Below, in pieces: positions 29,216 through 38,760 of a stretch of 64,000 nt of DNA. Source of the DNA: an uncultured delta proteobacterium (GTDB lineage: Bacteria; Desulfobacterota; Desulfuromonadia; Geobacterales; Pseudopelobacteraceae); NCBI GenBank assembly GCA_963772835.1, contig CAVYYZ010000024.1, positions 32,001 through 96,000 on the forward strand. Direction: 5' to 3'. A program made the position numbers and the translations under genes. Under the pieces are notes generated by a model. It was not told the origin of the DNA. It saw only the letters and a program-made list of their open reading frames with translations, and did no database searches. Within the stretch, counting starts at the first letter, position 1, and the number at the start of each line of letters is the position of its first letter.

Positions 29216-31378
29216 TTATTTACCACCCATCTGCGTGAAGTGGTCTTGTGCGCCTCGTTTATCGGCGTGACAACCGACGCAGGCGTTTTTAGCAACGCTG
29301 GTGGTTTTGTAAAGGATACCGGTGCCGCTGGTACCGGTGTGGCAGGTAATGCAGCGCGGAGCGCCGGTTATGCCGCCTACAGGAAGGAGACCGGTTGTTG
29401 CATCTCTGCCGGTGACAGTCGGCATTCCCTGTGGGTAGGTGACTTTCGACCAGTCTCGTGCGTTGGTAGTTCCATTATGCAGATCGCCCGTTTTGGTACC
29501 GGAGTGGATGGCATGCACCCTGTTGTCAAGCGGATCGGCATAATTACCGGACTTGTCATGGCAGGAAATGCACTCGTCGGTATTAAACGTGACCGAGTGA
29601 CGGGCATTATGAGCGATAAGGTTTTCTGCTCCATGGCAATTTGTGCAGTTGCTGCCGGAGATTTTCTGCTCTACCGTAGCCGTTCCGATCTGGATGGTTT
29701 TAACTGCAGAGACGGAGTCAATCTTGTAGTTGGTATCTGCTTTATAGCCGTAATTAGCAGCGATGAATCTGATCATGTAGGTACCGTTGGTCATACCGGC
29801 CGGGATGGTCACCTTGTATTTGAAACCTGTTGCGTCGGTGAGAACCTCGGGGTTTGTTGCATCAACAAACATGTCCTGTGCCTGAGCCGGAACACCGGCA
29901 GCAGAGAGAGTTCTCGCTGCTTTGGTCAGTACCGGTTTCGCGTTGGCACGAGGTCCATACACATAGAGTGCGGCTTTGCTGAGTGCCGTTGCTACGGTAG
30001 ATCCGGCAGCATGTTTCGCATTTGTGTAAATTGCAGGATTAACAGCAGAACCATCAAAATTCGTCAAGGTGACTGTGATCGTCGGAGTTTCTCCGGCAAC
30101 ATACGATGTTCCTGCCGGTGCATCAATAGTCAGAGTTGCTTTGTATTCCGGAACATCTGCGGTTGCTGGAGCCGGGGTGTGCTTTGCAACAATATATGCG
30201 GCGTCGTGGCAGAATACGCAACTACCGTTAGTTCTGGGCCCACCGATATTAGATGGTCCATGACCGACACCGGTAGCGAAGTTAACAGTGGTGTGGCAGC
30301 TGCTGCAGATTTCCGCAGTCGGATTGGTTTTCCAGTTGTCAATCTTGTCGCCGGAGAGAAGATTTTTCCCGCTGGCGGTGTGACAGACGACACAGTTACT
30401 GATGGCCTGAGGATAGGTAACATCCACATATCCGGCGCCCAGGATACGGGTAGGGAATGCGGCGACCGGAAGCGCGGCATGGATCTTGTGAATGAAGAGA
30501 GGCAGATAGACTTCTGCAGCAGGTCCGCCCAGCGGATTGTGACAGACTATGCATGCCAGAGTGTCCAGATAGCTGCTGCCATGGGCCGTACCGTTCATCG
30601 CGGGGCCGTGACATTGTTTACAGGCCTCGATGGTTACGAACTGTTTCTGTGGTGCGTCCTTCGCAACGGCGACGGTACTAGGGGCGGGAACAGTGAAATC
30701 CTGAATTCCGGCTGCTCCGTTATATCCCGGATCAGTGGTGGAGGAGGCGGAGATGCGGACAAACACGCGCTGGTTATGGAGAGGGTTGTAGTCTGCGGCA
30801 TTCGCGCTGGAACCCTGAGCAACACCGAAGGCGCTGGGGAAGGTGGCGATATAATTGCCGCTGGCGGCTCCGGTCGTGTCAAAGACAACGGTGGGGTTGT
30901 ATGCCCAGGTTTCGAAATAGTCGCTGCCCCATGTTCCGAAGCTCACTGTAGGAGTGAAAGCAGGAACCATGTCGGCCATGTAGAGGCGGACACTGCTGCT
31001 TGTGAGGGTCGTGTAGTTGGCAGCACCTTTCTTGACATTGAAAGCCACCTGGGGAAGGCCAGCGGCGGTTGCCGAGACGACGATATTTGAGATAGTTAGG
31101 AAGTTCTCTTTCAATCGCGGCAAGGAACGAGCGTTGGTCGTAGTGTCAATGACAAAATCGTGCATTGAGGTGATGTTCGCAACATCTGTTGTGTTATGGC
31201 ACACCAGGCATGATTCACTGGTGAGTGTAACGGGGCCGGCAGGACCTGCAGGACCTGCAGGACCGGTTGCGCCGGTCGCACCATTTGATCCGTCACTGCC
31301 GCTACAGCCGGCAAGCATAAATGCTGCGGTCGATATCGTTGCTGTCAATAAAGCCAGTCTTCTAAACGTCCCTTTCAT
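29216..31378 (-). CDS. OmcA/MtrC-like decaheme lipoprotein cytochrome c
   Basis: Lipobox LAGC, G-X-Y linker, ten CxxCH, FIHKIH and VTYPQ motifs typical of the family; AAGGAGG RBS. Confidence 0.88.
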   Translation of the reverse strand: MKGTFRRLALLTATISTAAFMLAGCSGSDGSNGATGATGPAGPAGPAGPVTLTSESCLVCHNTTDVANITSMHDFVIDTTTNARSLPRLKENFLTISNIVVSATAAGLPQVAFNVKKGAANYTTLTSSSVRLYMADMVPAFTPTVSFGTWGSDYFETWAYNPTVVFDTTGAASGNYIATFPSAFGVAQGSSANAADYNPLHNQRVFVRISASSTTDPGYNGAAGIQDFTVPAPSTVAVAKDAPQKQFVTIEACKQCHGPAMNGTAHGSSYLDTLACIVCHNPLGGPAAEVYLPLFIHKIHAALPVAAFPTRILGAGYVDVTYPQAISNCVVCHTASGKNLLSGDKIDNWKTNPTAEICSSCHTTVNFATGVGHGPSNIGGPRTNGSCVFCHDAAYIVAKHTPAPATADVPEYKATLTIDAPAGTSYVAGETPTITVTLTNFDGSAVNPAIYTNAKHAAGSTVATALSKAALYVYGPRANAKPVLTKAARTLSAAGVPAQAQDMFVDATNPEVLTDATGFKYKVTIPAGMTNGTYMIRFIAANYGYKADTNYKIDSVSAVKTIQIGTATVEQKISGSNCTNCHGAENLIAHNARHSVTFNTDECISCHDKSGNYADPLDNRVHAIHSGTKTGDLHNGTTNARDWSKVTYPQGMPTVTGRDATTGLLPVGGITGAPRCITCHTGTSGTGILYKTTSVAKNACVGCHADKRGAQDHFTQMGGK

Positions 31379-31561
31379 AAAGCCTCCTTAAATTTTGTAC
31401 TGCTTCGGATGAACTGCGTTAACTGCCTGAAACAACGACCCTCCTTTCCGTATGATGGTCCTATTGCGCCACCTTTAATGTGGCCTGATTAGTACTGATT
31501 CAAAGTGAAAACGGGAAGTCTGTACCCCTCATGAACGTTACGGAAACCGGCTTTACGTGAA

Positions 31562-31589
31562 ACTTTACCTCGTAAAATATGCTTGTCAA
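31562..31589 (-). promoter_or_regulatory. Putative sigma70 promoter proximal to decaheme gene
   Basis: TTGACA-16 nt-TAAAGT on minus strand. Confidence 0.5.
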
Positions 31590-31897
31590 GCCGGGGAAGC
31601 AAAAAAAATTGCATTTTTCAAATATTTAATTGAAATGCGGGGGTACGTATATGCTGCTGCTCGCCGCGTGTAACAACTATTCGGTCAAAGCACGTAAAAC
31701 ATTCAAAAAAATGTTTCTTGGTACTGAATCGTATCTAACATGCCAACAAGCAAGAAATATTAAGAAGTTATTAAAAAACACTGGGGCCTATTAAATCCGG
31801 TTAAATGACGCATTGTGTGATCTGAATCACTAAACAGCATAAGCCGTGCCGGAAAACTGAATCTGTGGTGTAATGAACCTGTCCTGGTAAAAACAAA

Positions 31898-31936
31898 TAA
31901 AAAACGCCCTTTTTTCCGGTGCAGAGAAAAGGGCGT
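31898..31936 (-). terminator. Intrinsic terminator forming riboswitch expression platform
   Basis: ACGCCCTTTT...AAAAGGGCGT followed by TTTTTATTTG on minus strand. Confidence 0.75.
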
Positions 31937-31954
31937 ATAAATCAAAACATTTCG

Positions 31955-32040
31955 CCCTCTTTCGGTGGCCCGGCTGTCCTTGGTCAGGACCCGTGGCTTT
32001 GCGTCATCAGGTTACCCTGATTTTGCCTGTTCGTTGAGGT
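31955..32040 (-). ncRNA. c-di-GMP-I (GEMM-I) riboswitch aptamer
   Basis: Minus strand: GGCAAA-ATCAGG-GTAA-CCTGAT-GACGCAAAG-CCACGGGTCC..GGACAGCCGGG-CCACCGAA; GNRA loop in P2 and conserved GCAAA/GACGCAAAG core. Confidence 0.92.
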
Positions 32041-32050
32041 ATGTGCTGTG

Positions 32051-32080
32051 GTGATACTCCTGCGGTCATCATATTGTCAA
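32051..32080 (-). promoter_or_regulatory. Putative sigma70 promoter of the riboswitch leader
   Basis: TTGACA-18 nt-TATCAC ending about 10 nt before the aptamer. Confidence 0.55.
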
Positions 32081-32195
32081 TAAAAAATTAACATTTCATT
32101 ACTGAATGTATCATAATTCTACGTTGCACCTCACGTAGTACTCATTATAAATTGAATTGACAATCGGCAGGAAGTTGTTATTTCTAATAAAACCT

Positions 32196-33131
32196 ATGAA
32201 AAAGCTCCTCATCTATATAACTCTGGCTATCACCGGTTATCTACTGTACGTCGGAATCTCACTGGCGCTGATGCCACCGGTCTCCGATCTGGCTGACAGG
32301 AAATTCAGTACGACCATTCAGGTCAGGGACTGGCATGGAGACTTTCATCCATTTGCAGTCGGTCCGAAAAATCGATACTGGACGCCATCCGGCCGTATCC
32401 CGGCAGAGATGAAGTGGTCTGTGATTCTGGCAGAGGACTCAAATTTCTACAAGCATGAAGGCTTCGACGTCAAAGCGATCAAGAATGCCATCAAGTACGA
32501 TCTGGAAAAGAAGAGCCTGAAGCGGGGCGCCTCGACTATTACCCAGCAGACTGCAAAGAACCTGTTCCTCTCCCGCGAAAAAACCGTTACGCGTAAGCTG
32601 AAGGAGATCTATCTGGCCTACCGGATGGAGCAGGAATTGACAAAAGGGCGCATCGTCGAGCTGTACCTGAACGTGGTCGAGCTGGGACCGATGGTGTACG
32701 GCATCGGTCATGGCGCCCAGTATTATTTCGGCAAACCGGCCTCAGCCCTGACGCCGCGTGAATGTGCTTTTCTGGCTGCCATGCTTCCCGGCCCGAGACT
32801 GGCTTATAACCCCTATAAGAATCTCGGCAGGGTGCTGAAGCGTTCCGATATGATTCTGCGACTGCTCCGCCAGAATGGTGTCCTGGACGAAGCAGAGTAT
32901 CAGGCAGCTCTGGCGGAGTCGCCGAATGTCGGACGCCTGCAGCAGAAGGTTGATGAGATCATCAGCGTTCCGCCGGTCTTTACATCGCCGTCATCGGCAG
33001 TAAAAGAGCCGGCCGAAAAACCTGCCCCGGCTGGCGGGGAAAAAAAGGATGTTCCGCTTGAAGCGGTACCGCCGCAATCCGGTGCACCTGTTACGACAAA
33101 TCCACCAGAAAGTATGAATGATAAAAAATGA
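32196..33131 (+). CDS. Monofunctional peptidoglycan transglycosylase (GT51)
   Basis: [33 protein letters not shown] motifs; N-terminal TM. Confidence 0.9.
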   Translation: MKKLLIYITLAITGYLLYVGISLALMPPVSDLADRKFSTTIQVRDWHGDFHPFAVGPKNRYWTPSGRIPAEMKWSVILAEDSNFYKHEGFDVKAIKNAIKYDLEKKSLKRGASTITQQTAKNLFLSREKTVTRKLKEIYLAYRMEQELTKGRIVELYLNVVELGPMVYGIGHGAQYYFGKPASALTPRECAFLAAMLPGPRLAYNPYKNLGRVLKRSDMILRLLRQNGVLDEAEYQAALAESPNVGRLQQKVDEIISVPPVFTSPSSAVKEPAEKPAPAGGEKKDVPLEAVPPQSGAPVTTNPPESMNDKK

Positions 33132-34179
33132 CCCGTAAAATTGATCTTAAAAACCTTACGCTTCCCGCTCTCGAGCACTTTCTCCAGGGTCAGGGCAAGG
33201 AGCGTTTTCGTGCCCTCCAGGTATTTAAATGGATCTATCAGCATGATGCCCGCAGCTTTGAGGAGATGACCAACATTTCCAAAGAGCTGCGTGCCGAACT
33301 GACGGAAACGGCCTATATCAGCAATCTGACGGCGGAGGCTGTGGAGGTGGGGGGTGACGGTACCCGCAAATACCTCTTTAACCTGGGTGACGGCCATGCT
33401 GTCGAGTCCGTGCTGATTCCTATCGAAGGAAGAAATACGGTCTGTATCTCCTCCCAGGTCGGCTGTGCCATGGCGTGCGAATTCTGCCTGACCGGCACCT
33501 TCAAGCTGTCCCGCAATCTGACAACTGCCGAGATCGTCAATCAGGTCATGGCTGTCAGACAGGATGTGCGCGAAAGCGGCGAAGAAATACGGAACATCGT
33601 GATGATGGGGATGGGCGAGCCGCTTCATAACCTGGATAACGTCATTCCGGCAATCCAGATCATGATTGACGGCAATGGGCTCCAGCTCTCAAACCGGCGG
33701 GTGACAGTCTCTACCTGCGGGCTGGTGCCGGAGATGGAACGGCTGGGGCGCGAAATACCGAACGTTAACCTGGCGGTGTCGCTCAACGCCACGACTGACG
33801 AACTGCGGAACCGTATTATGCCGGTCAACCGGAGGTATCCGCTTACAGAGCTTTTGAAAGCCTGCAGGGAGTTTCCACTTCCCGGACGGCGTAAGGTGAC
33901 GTTCGAATATGTCATGATGGGGGGGGTAAATGATTCGCTGGAGGATGCCAAGCGGCTGCTGCGTCTGATCAGTGATATCCCAACAAGGTCAACCTGATCC
34001 CCTTCAACGAGCATGAGGGATGTGGTTTCAAGGCACCAACTCAGGCGGCAATCGATGCCTTCCATACTTATCTGATCGATCGCCACGTGACGGTCATCAC
34101 CCGTGACAGCAGGGGAGGGGATATATCAGCGGCCTGCGGACAGTTGAAGGGGAAACTGGAAAAACAAAAGGCCGATTGA
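33128..34179 (+). pseudogene. rlmN: 23S rRNA/tRNA m2A methyltransferase RlmN with a 1-nt-deletion frameshift near 33979-33981 (real lesion or assembly error)
   Basis: [24 protein letters not shown] stops at 33997 but shifted frame continues NKVNLIPFN...[12 protein letters not shown] to TGA 34179. Confidence 0.85.
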
Positions 34180-34358
34180 ACCACAGAGCAACAGAGCAAC
34201 AGAGCAACAGAGAAAAGCAGAAATATTTGTTAAAACAGAGACACCAACTTAAACAACAAAGACCTCCGAGGCATAACGCCCGTGAGGTCTTTGTGTTTGT
34301 CAGTGGAAAATATTATTTTAAACTTGAACTTCTCAGTTGCTCTGTTGCTCTGTGGTTC
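34176..34358. repeat. Octamer-based inverted repeat element, copy 3, with internal hairpin
   Basis: TTGAACCA(CAGAGCAA)x3CAGAG ... CTCAGTTGCTCTGTTGCTCTGTGGTTC; internal ACAAAGACCTC/GAGGTCTTTGT. Confidence 0.8.
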
Positions 34359-34367
34359 CAGCCGGCA

Positions 34368-35717
34368 TTACGCCTGTGGGCGTCTCGAACGATACTCGAT
34401 TACCGGTTCGTGGCGGGCTGCAGGTGCAGTACGCGGGGCACTTCCGGCAGGTTTTGCCGATTTGCTCCAGGACTTTGCCTGGCCGTCGCGACCGCCGCCC
34501 GGTTTGCCGAAACGGCCCGCTGGTCCGCCGGGTCCGCTTTTACGGGGTCCGCCGCTGCGGCCGGCCGGTTTCCTGATGGAGGTTGACGGCTCATGGCCGG
34601 CGATCTGAAGCTCCGGCAGTTTTTTCCCGATGAAGCGTTCAATGCGCTCCAGATAATTGCGTTCGCCGGCTGATGCGAATGAAATGGCAATGCCGGTTGC
34701 TCCGGCGCGACCGGTACGGCCGATACGGTGAACGTAATCTTCAGCAAAACGCGGAAGGTCGAAGTTGATAACATGGCTGATTCCACTTACGTCCAGACCG
34801 CGGGCAGCTACATCAGTCGCCACCAGCAGGCGGATACCGCCGCGACGCATGCGATCGATAGTCTTGTTGCGGGCCATCTGGGTCATGTCGCCGTGCAGGG
34901 CTGCTGCAGGGTAGCCGTTGCGGGAGAGTTCACGGGAAATTTCGTCAGCATCACGTTTGGTCGCTGAGAAGATAATGGCACGGGTCAGCTCAGAGTCGCT
35001 GACGAGATGATTAAGGAGCTCTTTTTTGTGGTTCAGGTTGTCGGTAACATGCAGACGCTGCTCGATCAGCGGGATAGATGAGGTGCTGACGGCAAGCTGC
35101 ACACGCTTCGGTTCGCGCATCATTTTTTCGGCCAGTCGTGCGATGTCACCTTCCATGGTGGCGGTGAACATAAGAGTCTGGCGATCGGAAGGGGCGCGCG
35201 AAACGATCTTGTTGATGTCTTCGCTGAAACCCATGTCGAGCATGCGGTCGGCTTCATCAAGAATCAGCAGTTCAAGCCGGTCGAGACGAATGCTGCCGCG
35301 CTCAATATGGTCTACCAGACGTCCCGGGGTGGCTACGATAATATCTACCGGTGCAGAAAGCAGGCGCAGCTGCTCGCGGTAGGGCATGCCGCCCAGCAGG
35401 GTGCCGCAGCGGGGGCGGATACCGCGCCCGTAATTTCGTGCAGACTCCATAACCTGTCCTGCCAGTTCGCGGGTCGGTGCCAAAACAAGAACACGCGGAC
35501 CTTTTCCCTGCAGCGTAGATTTTTTCGTCAGGAGCTCGAGCGCAGGCAGTACGAAAGCGGCGGTCTTGCCTGTGCCGGTCTGGGCAGTGGCAATCACGTC
35601 GTGTCCTGCCAGTACCAGAGGGATTGATTGTTCCTGAATGGGGGTCGGGGTTGTGTAACCACAGGCGGTAACAGCCTGGAGGATGGCCGGGTTAAGGCCC
35701 AGTTCTTCAAACGTCAT
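34368..35717 (-). CDS. DEAD-box RNA helicase (RhlE/CshA-like)
   Basis: Q motif PTPIQ, TGTGKT, PTRELA, DEAD, HRIGRTGR; basic Gly-rich tail; AAGGA RBS before ATG 35717. Confidence 0.95.
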   Translation of the reverse strand: MTFEELGLNPAILQAVTACGYTTPTPIQEQSIPLVLAGHDVIATAQTGTGKTAAFVLPALELLTKKSTLQGKGPRVLVLAPTRELAGQVMESARNYGRGIRPRCGTLLGGMPYREQLRLLSAPVDIIVATPGRLVDHIERGSIRLDRLELLILDEADRMLDMGFSEDINKIVSRAPSDRQTLMFTATMEGDIARLAEKMMREPKRVQLAVSTSSIPLIEQRLHVTDNLNHKKELLNHLVSDSELTRAIIFSATKRDADEISRELSRNGYPAAALHGDMTQMARNKTIDRMRRGGIRLLVATDVAARGLDVSGISHVINFDLPRFAEDYVHRIGRTGRAGATGIAISFASAGERNYLERIERFIGKKLPELQIAGHEPSTSIRKPAGRSGGPRKSGPGGPAGRFGKPGGGRDGQAKSWSKSAKPAGSAPRTAPAARHEPVIEYRSRRPQA

Positions 35718-36113
35718 GTAAATTCCTTTTCTGGGAGCGGTGTAAAGACAATAGCGCACACGAACCGGGGAATCAAACAGATGATTCCAGGAATTGGGAC
35801 ATGCAGTAACGTGCGGGCAGACAATAAATCTTCGCCTGCCGTACGGTCTGCTTGTTTCAATCGGAATTGAAGATGGATTGAAGGTACAGGGGGGGCAGAA
35901 TGCGATGATCAAAAGAAAAACAACGGACACCATACCGTCGCTTCATATGCTACAACAATTCAGTACCATATATGCTTATTGTATTAAAAGCAAGCTATTA
36001 TTTAATGCCGGATGTGCAGATTACGTATACGTCTGATTCTGCTCTTGTACATTGATCCTGCAACGTGATACCGTTGCTCAGTTTATTATCAAGACGTTTA
36101 AGAGGAGCATCGC

Positions 36114-37223
36114 GTGTCAAAACAGTTTGTCAGCCTGATAAAAGATCGTGATCCGGTTAATTCCGTATTTCTGGTTAAGGATAAGATTCTTGCAATGGCC
36201 AAGAACGGCAAGCCGTATATGAACCTGCGCCTGATGGATAAGAGCGGCGATATTGAAGCGAAGGTATGGGACAATACCGAACTGCTCGACAAACAGTTTG
36301 ACAAGGATGATTTTGTCAGCGTGCGTGGTAAGGCCTCGGTATACATGAATAAAATGCAGGTTGTCATTGCAGAGATCGTCAAGGTGCCCGAGGAACAGGT
36401 CGTACTGGCTGATTTTCTTCCAATGTCACTTCGTGACGGAGCCGAGATGCGGCAGGAATTGAACGACACGGTTGCCGCGCTTGGCAATCCTCATCTCCGC
36501 GCCTTGATGGAGGCCTTTCTGGCTGATGCGCCGTTTATGAGCCAGTACTGTCTGGCGCCGGCCGCTAAAGGGATGCATCACGTCTATCTGGGCGGACTTC
36601 TGGAGCATTCGCTCTCACTGGTCAGGTTAACCAAGGCCATTGTTCCACTGTACGGAGGCATCAACGAAGATCTGCTGACCGTCGGTTCACTGCTGCACGA
36701 TGTCGGCAAGATCTATGAAATGAGTTTTGAGCGGGCTTTTGATTATACCGACGCAGGTAAACTTCTGGGGCATATTACGATCGGTGTGGAGCTGGTCGAT
36801 GAAAAAATCCGTCAGGTGGAAGGTTTCCCGCGAGAGTTGGCGCTGCTGCTCAAGCATATGCTGCTTTCCCACCATGGTCAGTACGAATACGGTTCGCCCA
36901 AGCGCCCAAAGACGATTGAAGCGACTATTCTGAATTATCTGGATGATCTCGACTCGAAGATCAACGGCATCCAGGCTCACATAGCCAAAGAAACCGCATC
37001 GACGTCACGCTGGACCGCACACCACCGCTTGTATGACCGCTATTTTTTCAAGAGCAACGGAATGGACGGGGAGAGTGGTGAGGATCAAGAGGTGGTGTGT
37101 GTGCAGGATGAAACCTGCCAGTCCGTGCCTCCGGAACCGGTGGCAGAGCCCGGAGAACGAAAGGAGCGGCAGTCGTTCAACAATCAGCCGCTTAAGGCGC
37201 TGGAAAATTTGAAACTGTTTTAA
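36114..37223 (+). CDS. yhaM: 3'-5' exoribonuclease YhaM/CBF1 family (OB fold + HD)
   Basis: KNGKPY..L.L.DKSG.IEAKVW, APAAKGMHH, LLHDVGK, LSHHG. Confidence 0.88.
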   Translation: MSKQFVSLIKDRDPVNSVFLVKDKILAMAKNGKPYMNLRLMDKSGDIEAKVWDNTELLDKQFDKDDFVSVRGKASVYMNKMQVVIAEIVKVPEEQVVLADFLPMSLRDGAEMRQELNDTVAALGNPHLRALMEAFLADAPFMSQYCLAPAAKGMHHVYLGGLLEHSLSLVRLTKAIVPLYGGINEDLLTVGSLLHDVGKIYEMSFERAFDYTDAGKLLGHITIGVELVDEKIRQVEGFPRELALLLKHMLLSHHGQYEYGSPKRPKTIEATILNYLDDLDSKINGIQAHIAKETASTSRWTAHHRLYDRYFFKSNGMDGESGEDQEVVCVQDETCQSVPPEPVAEPGERKERQSFNNQPLKALENLKLF

Positions 37224-37238
37224 TTGCCGGGGCTGTAT

Positions 37239-38693
37239 TCAGCCCCGTTTCATCTCTATCTGCAGCTCGGAAATTTTCTTCCGCAACGTATTCCGGTTGA
37301 TTCCCAGTATGTCGGCGGCTTTTACCTGGTTCCAGCGGCATTTCTCCAGCACAAGGCGGATCAGCGGCCGCTCGACCTGCTCCAGCACCATGGCATGAAT
37401 ATCCCCCTTTTCAAGCCCCTCAATCCCGTTCATACAGGATCGCAACTTCAGATCGACCAGGGCTTCCAGCGAGGTTTCGCGGGAGTCTGTCTGCGGAAGT
37501 TCATTCACGGGGAGTAGACCCCCGAAATCATGCGCTGTCAGCAGCGGATCATTTGAGAGTATCACGGCCCGCTTGACGGAATTTTCAAGCTCACGCACGT
37601 TGCCGGGCCAGGGATATTTTTTGAGAAGTTCCAGCGCGTCATCGGTCAACCGTTTTGGGGAAACTGACATCTCTGTGCATGAACGGGTCAGAAAATAAGT
37701 AGCCAGAGCGGGGATGTCATCACGTCGTTCACGCAGCGGTGCAAGAGTGATCGGCACAACATTCAGGCGATAGTACAGGTCTTCGCGAAATTCCTTCAGG
37801 CGCACTTTTTCAACGAGTGATTGATTGGTCGCTGCGACAATTCTGACATCCACGGGTATATTCTGGTTTCCGCCGATTCGCGTGACCTCCTGCTCCTGCA
37901 GAACCCGTAAAATTTTAGCCTGCAGGTCAAGCGGCATATCCCCGATTTCATCCAGAAAGAGAGTGCCATGGTTGGCCTGCTCAAATTTGCCCTGCTTCCG
38001 TTCTCCGGCACCGGTGAAGGCCCCTTTTTCGGAGCCGAACAGCTCGCTTTCGAGCAGATCGCGAGGTATGGCGGCGCAGTTGATTGCAACGAACGGCTTC
38101 CCGAGGCGCTCCGAATTGAAATGGACGGCCCGCGCCACCAACTCCTTGCCGGTGCCGGATTCCCCTTGAATTAAAATGGTGACATCGCTTACCGCCACCT
38201 TGCCGATGGTTTTGTACACATCCTGCATGGCAGCAGAATTTCCGACGATATTTTTTTCGACCTGGTAGCGTTCTTTCAGTTCCTGTTTGAGAGTGACTAC
38301 CTGGCCTGCAATATCACGGGCCCTGCCGACCTTTTCGATGATGGCATCGATTACATCCAGGTCAAACGGTTTGGTGATGTAGTCGTATGCGCCGCGCTTC
38401 ATCGCCTCCACCGCATTTTTCATGCTGGCTTCGGCGGTCATGATGACCACAAGCAGATCTTTATTCATGTCGCGGACCTTGTCCAGAAGATCAAGTCCGG
38501 TGATACCGGGCATCTTGATATCAAGGATGGCCAGATCGTAGCAGTTGTCTTTGATCAGTTCCAGTGCATGACGGCCGTCATGCGCCAGATCCACACTGAA
38601 ACCTTTCTGCTTGAGGGCCTTTGAAAGCACCCAGCGGATGCTTTCTTCATCGTCGGCTACCAGTATTCTGTTAAGCGGCATAGGGGACCTCAT
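37239..38693 (-). CDS. ntrC: Sigma54-dependent response regulator (NtrC-like)
   Basis: REC domain, GESGTGKE, GAFTGA, WPGNVREL, HTH GINRNTLRKK; dusB-ntrB-ntrC order. Confidence 0.82.
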   Translation of the reverse strand: MRSPMPLNRILVADDEESIRWVLSKALKQKGFSVDLAHDGRHALELIKDNCYDLAILDIKMPGITGLDLLDKVRDMNKDLLVVIMTAEASMKNAVEAMKRGAYDYITKPFDLDVIDAIIEKVGRARDIAGQVVTLKQELKERYQVEKNIVGNSAAMQDVYKTIGKVAVSDVTILIQGESGTGKELVARAVHFNSERLGKPFVAINCAAIPRDLLESELFGSEKGAFTGAGERKQGKFEQANHGTLFLDEIGDMPLDLQAKILRVLQEQEVTRIGGNQNIPVDVRIVAATNQSLVEKVRLKEFREDLYYRLNVVPITLAPLRERRDDIPALATYFLTRSCTEMSVSPKRLTDDALELLKKYPWPGNVRELENSVKRAVILSNDPLLTAHDFGGLLPVNELPQTDSRETSLEALVDLKLRSCMNGIEGLEKGDIHAMVLEQVERPLIRLVLEKCRWNQVKAADILGINRNTLRKKISELQIEMKRG

Positions 38694-38701
38694 TTTTGGT
38701 A

Positions 38702-38754
38702 AATAGTGAAAGGTGAAGAGAACGTAAAAAACGTTTCACTATTCACCCTTCACT
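38702..38754. repeat. Heptamer-based imperfect inverted repeat in ntrB-ntrC spacer
   Basis: AATAGTGAAAGGTGAAG ... TTTCACTATTCACCCTTCACT. Confidence 0.55.
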
Positions 38755-38760
38755 CTGTAA

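Noticed and set aside
29240..31090. 616-aa ORF antisense to the decaheme gene
   Set aside because: Shadow of a codon-biased real gene; no recognisable motifs or RBS
31505..31580. Possible second, degenerate GEMM aptamer (GGTAAA..ACGTAAAGCC) on minus strand
   Set aside because: No P2 stem/GNRA loop; better explained as promoter and TSS region
20259..34358. Octamer repeats as a CRISPR array
   Set aside because: Dispersed inverted repeats, no regular repeat-spacer periodicity and no cas genes
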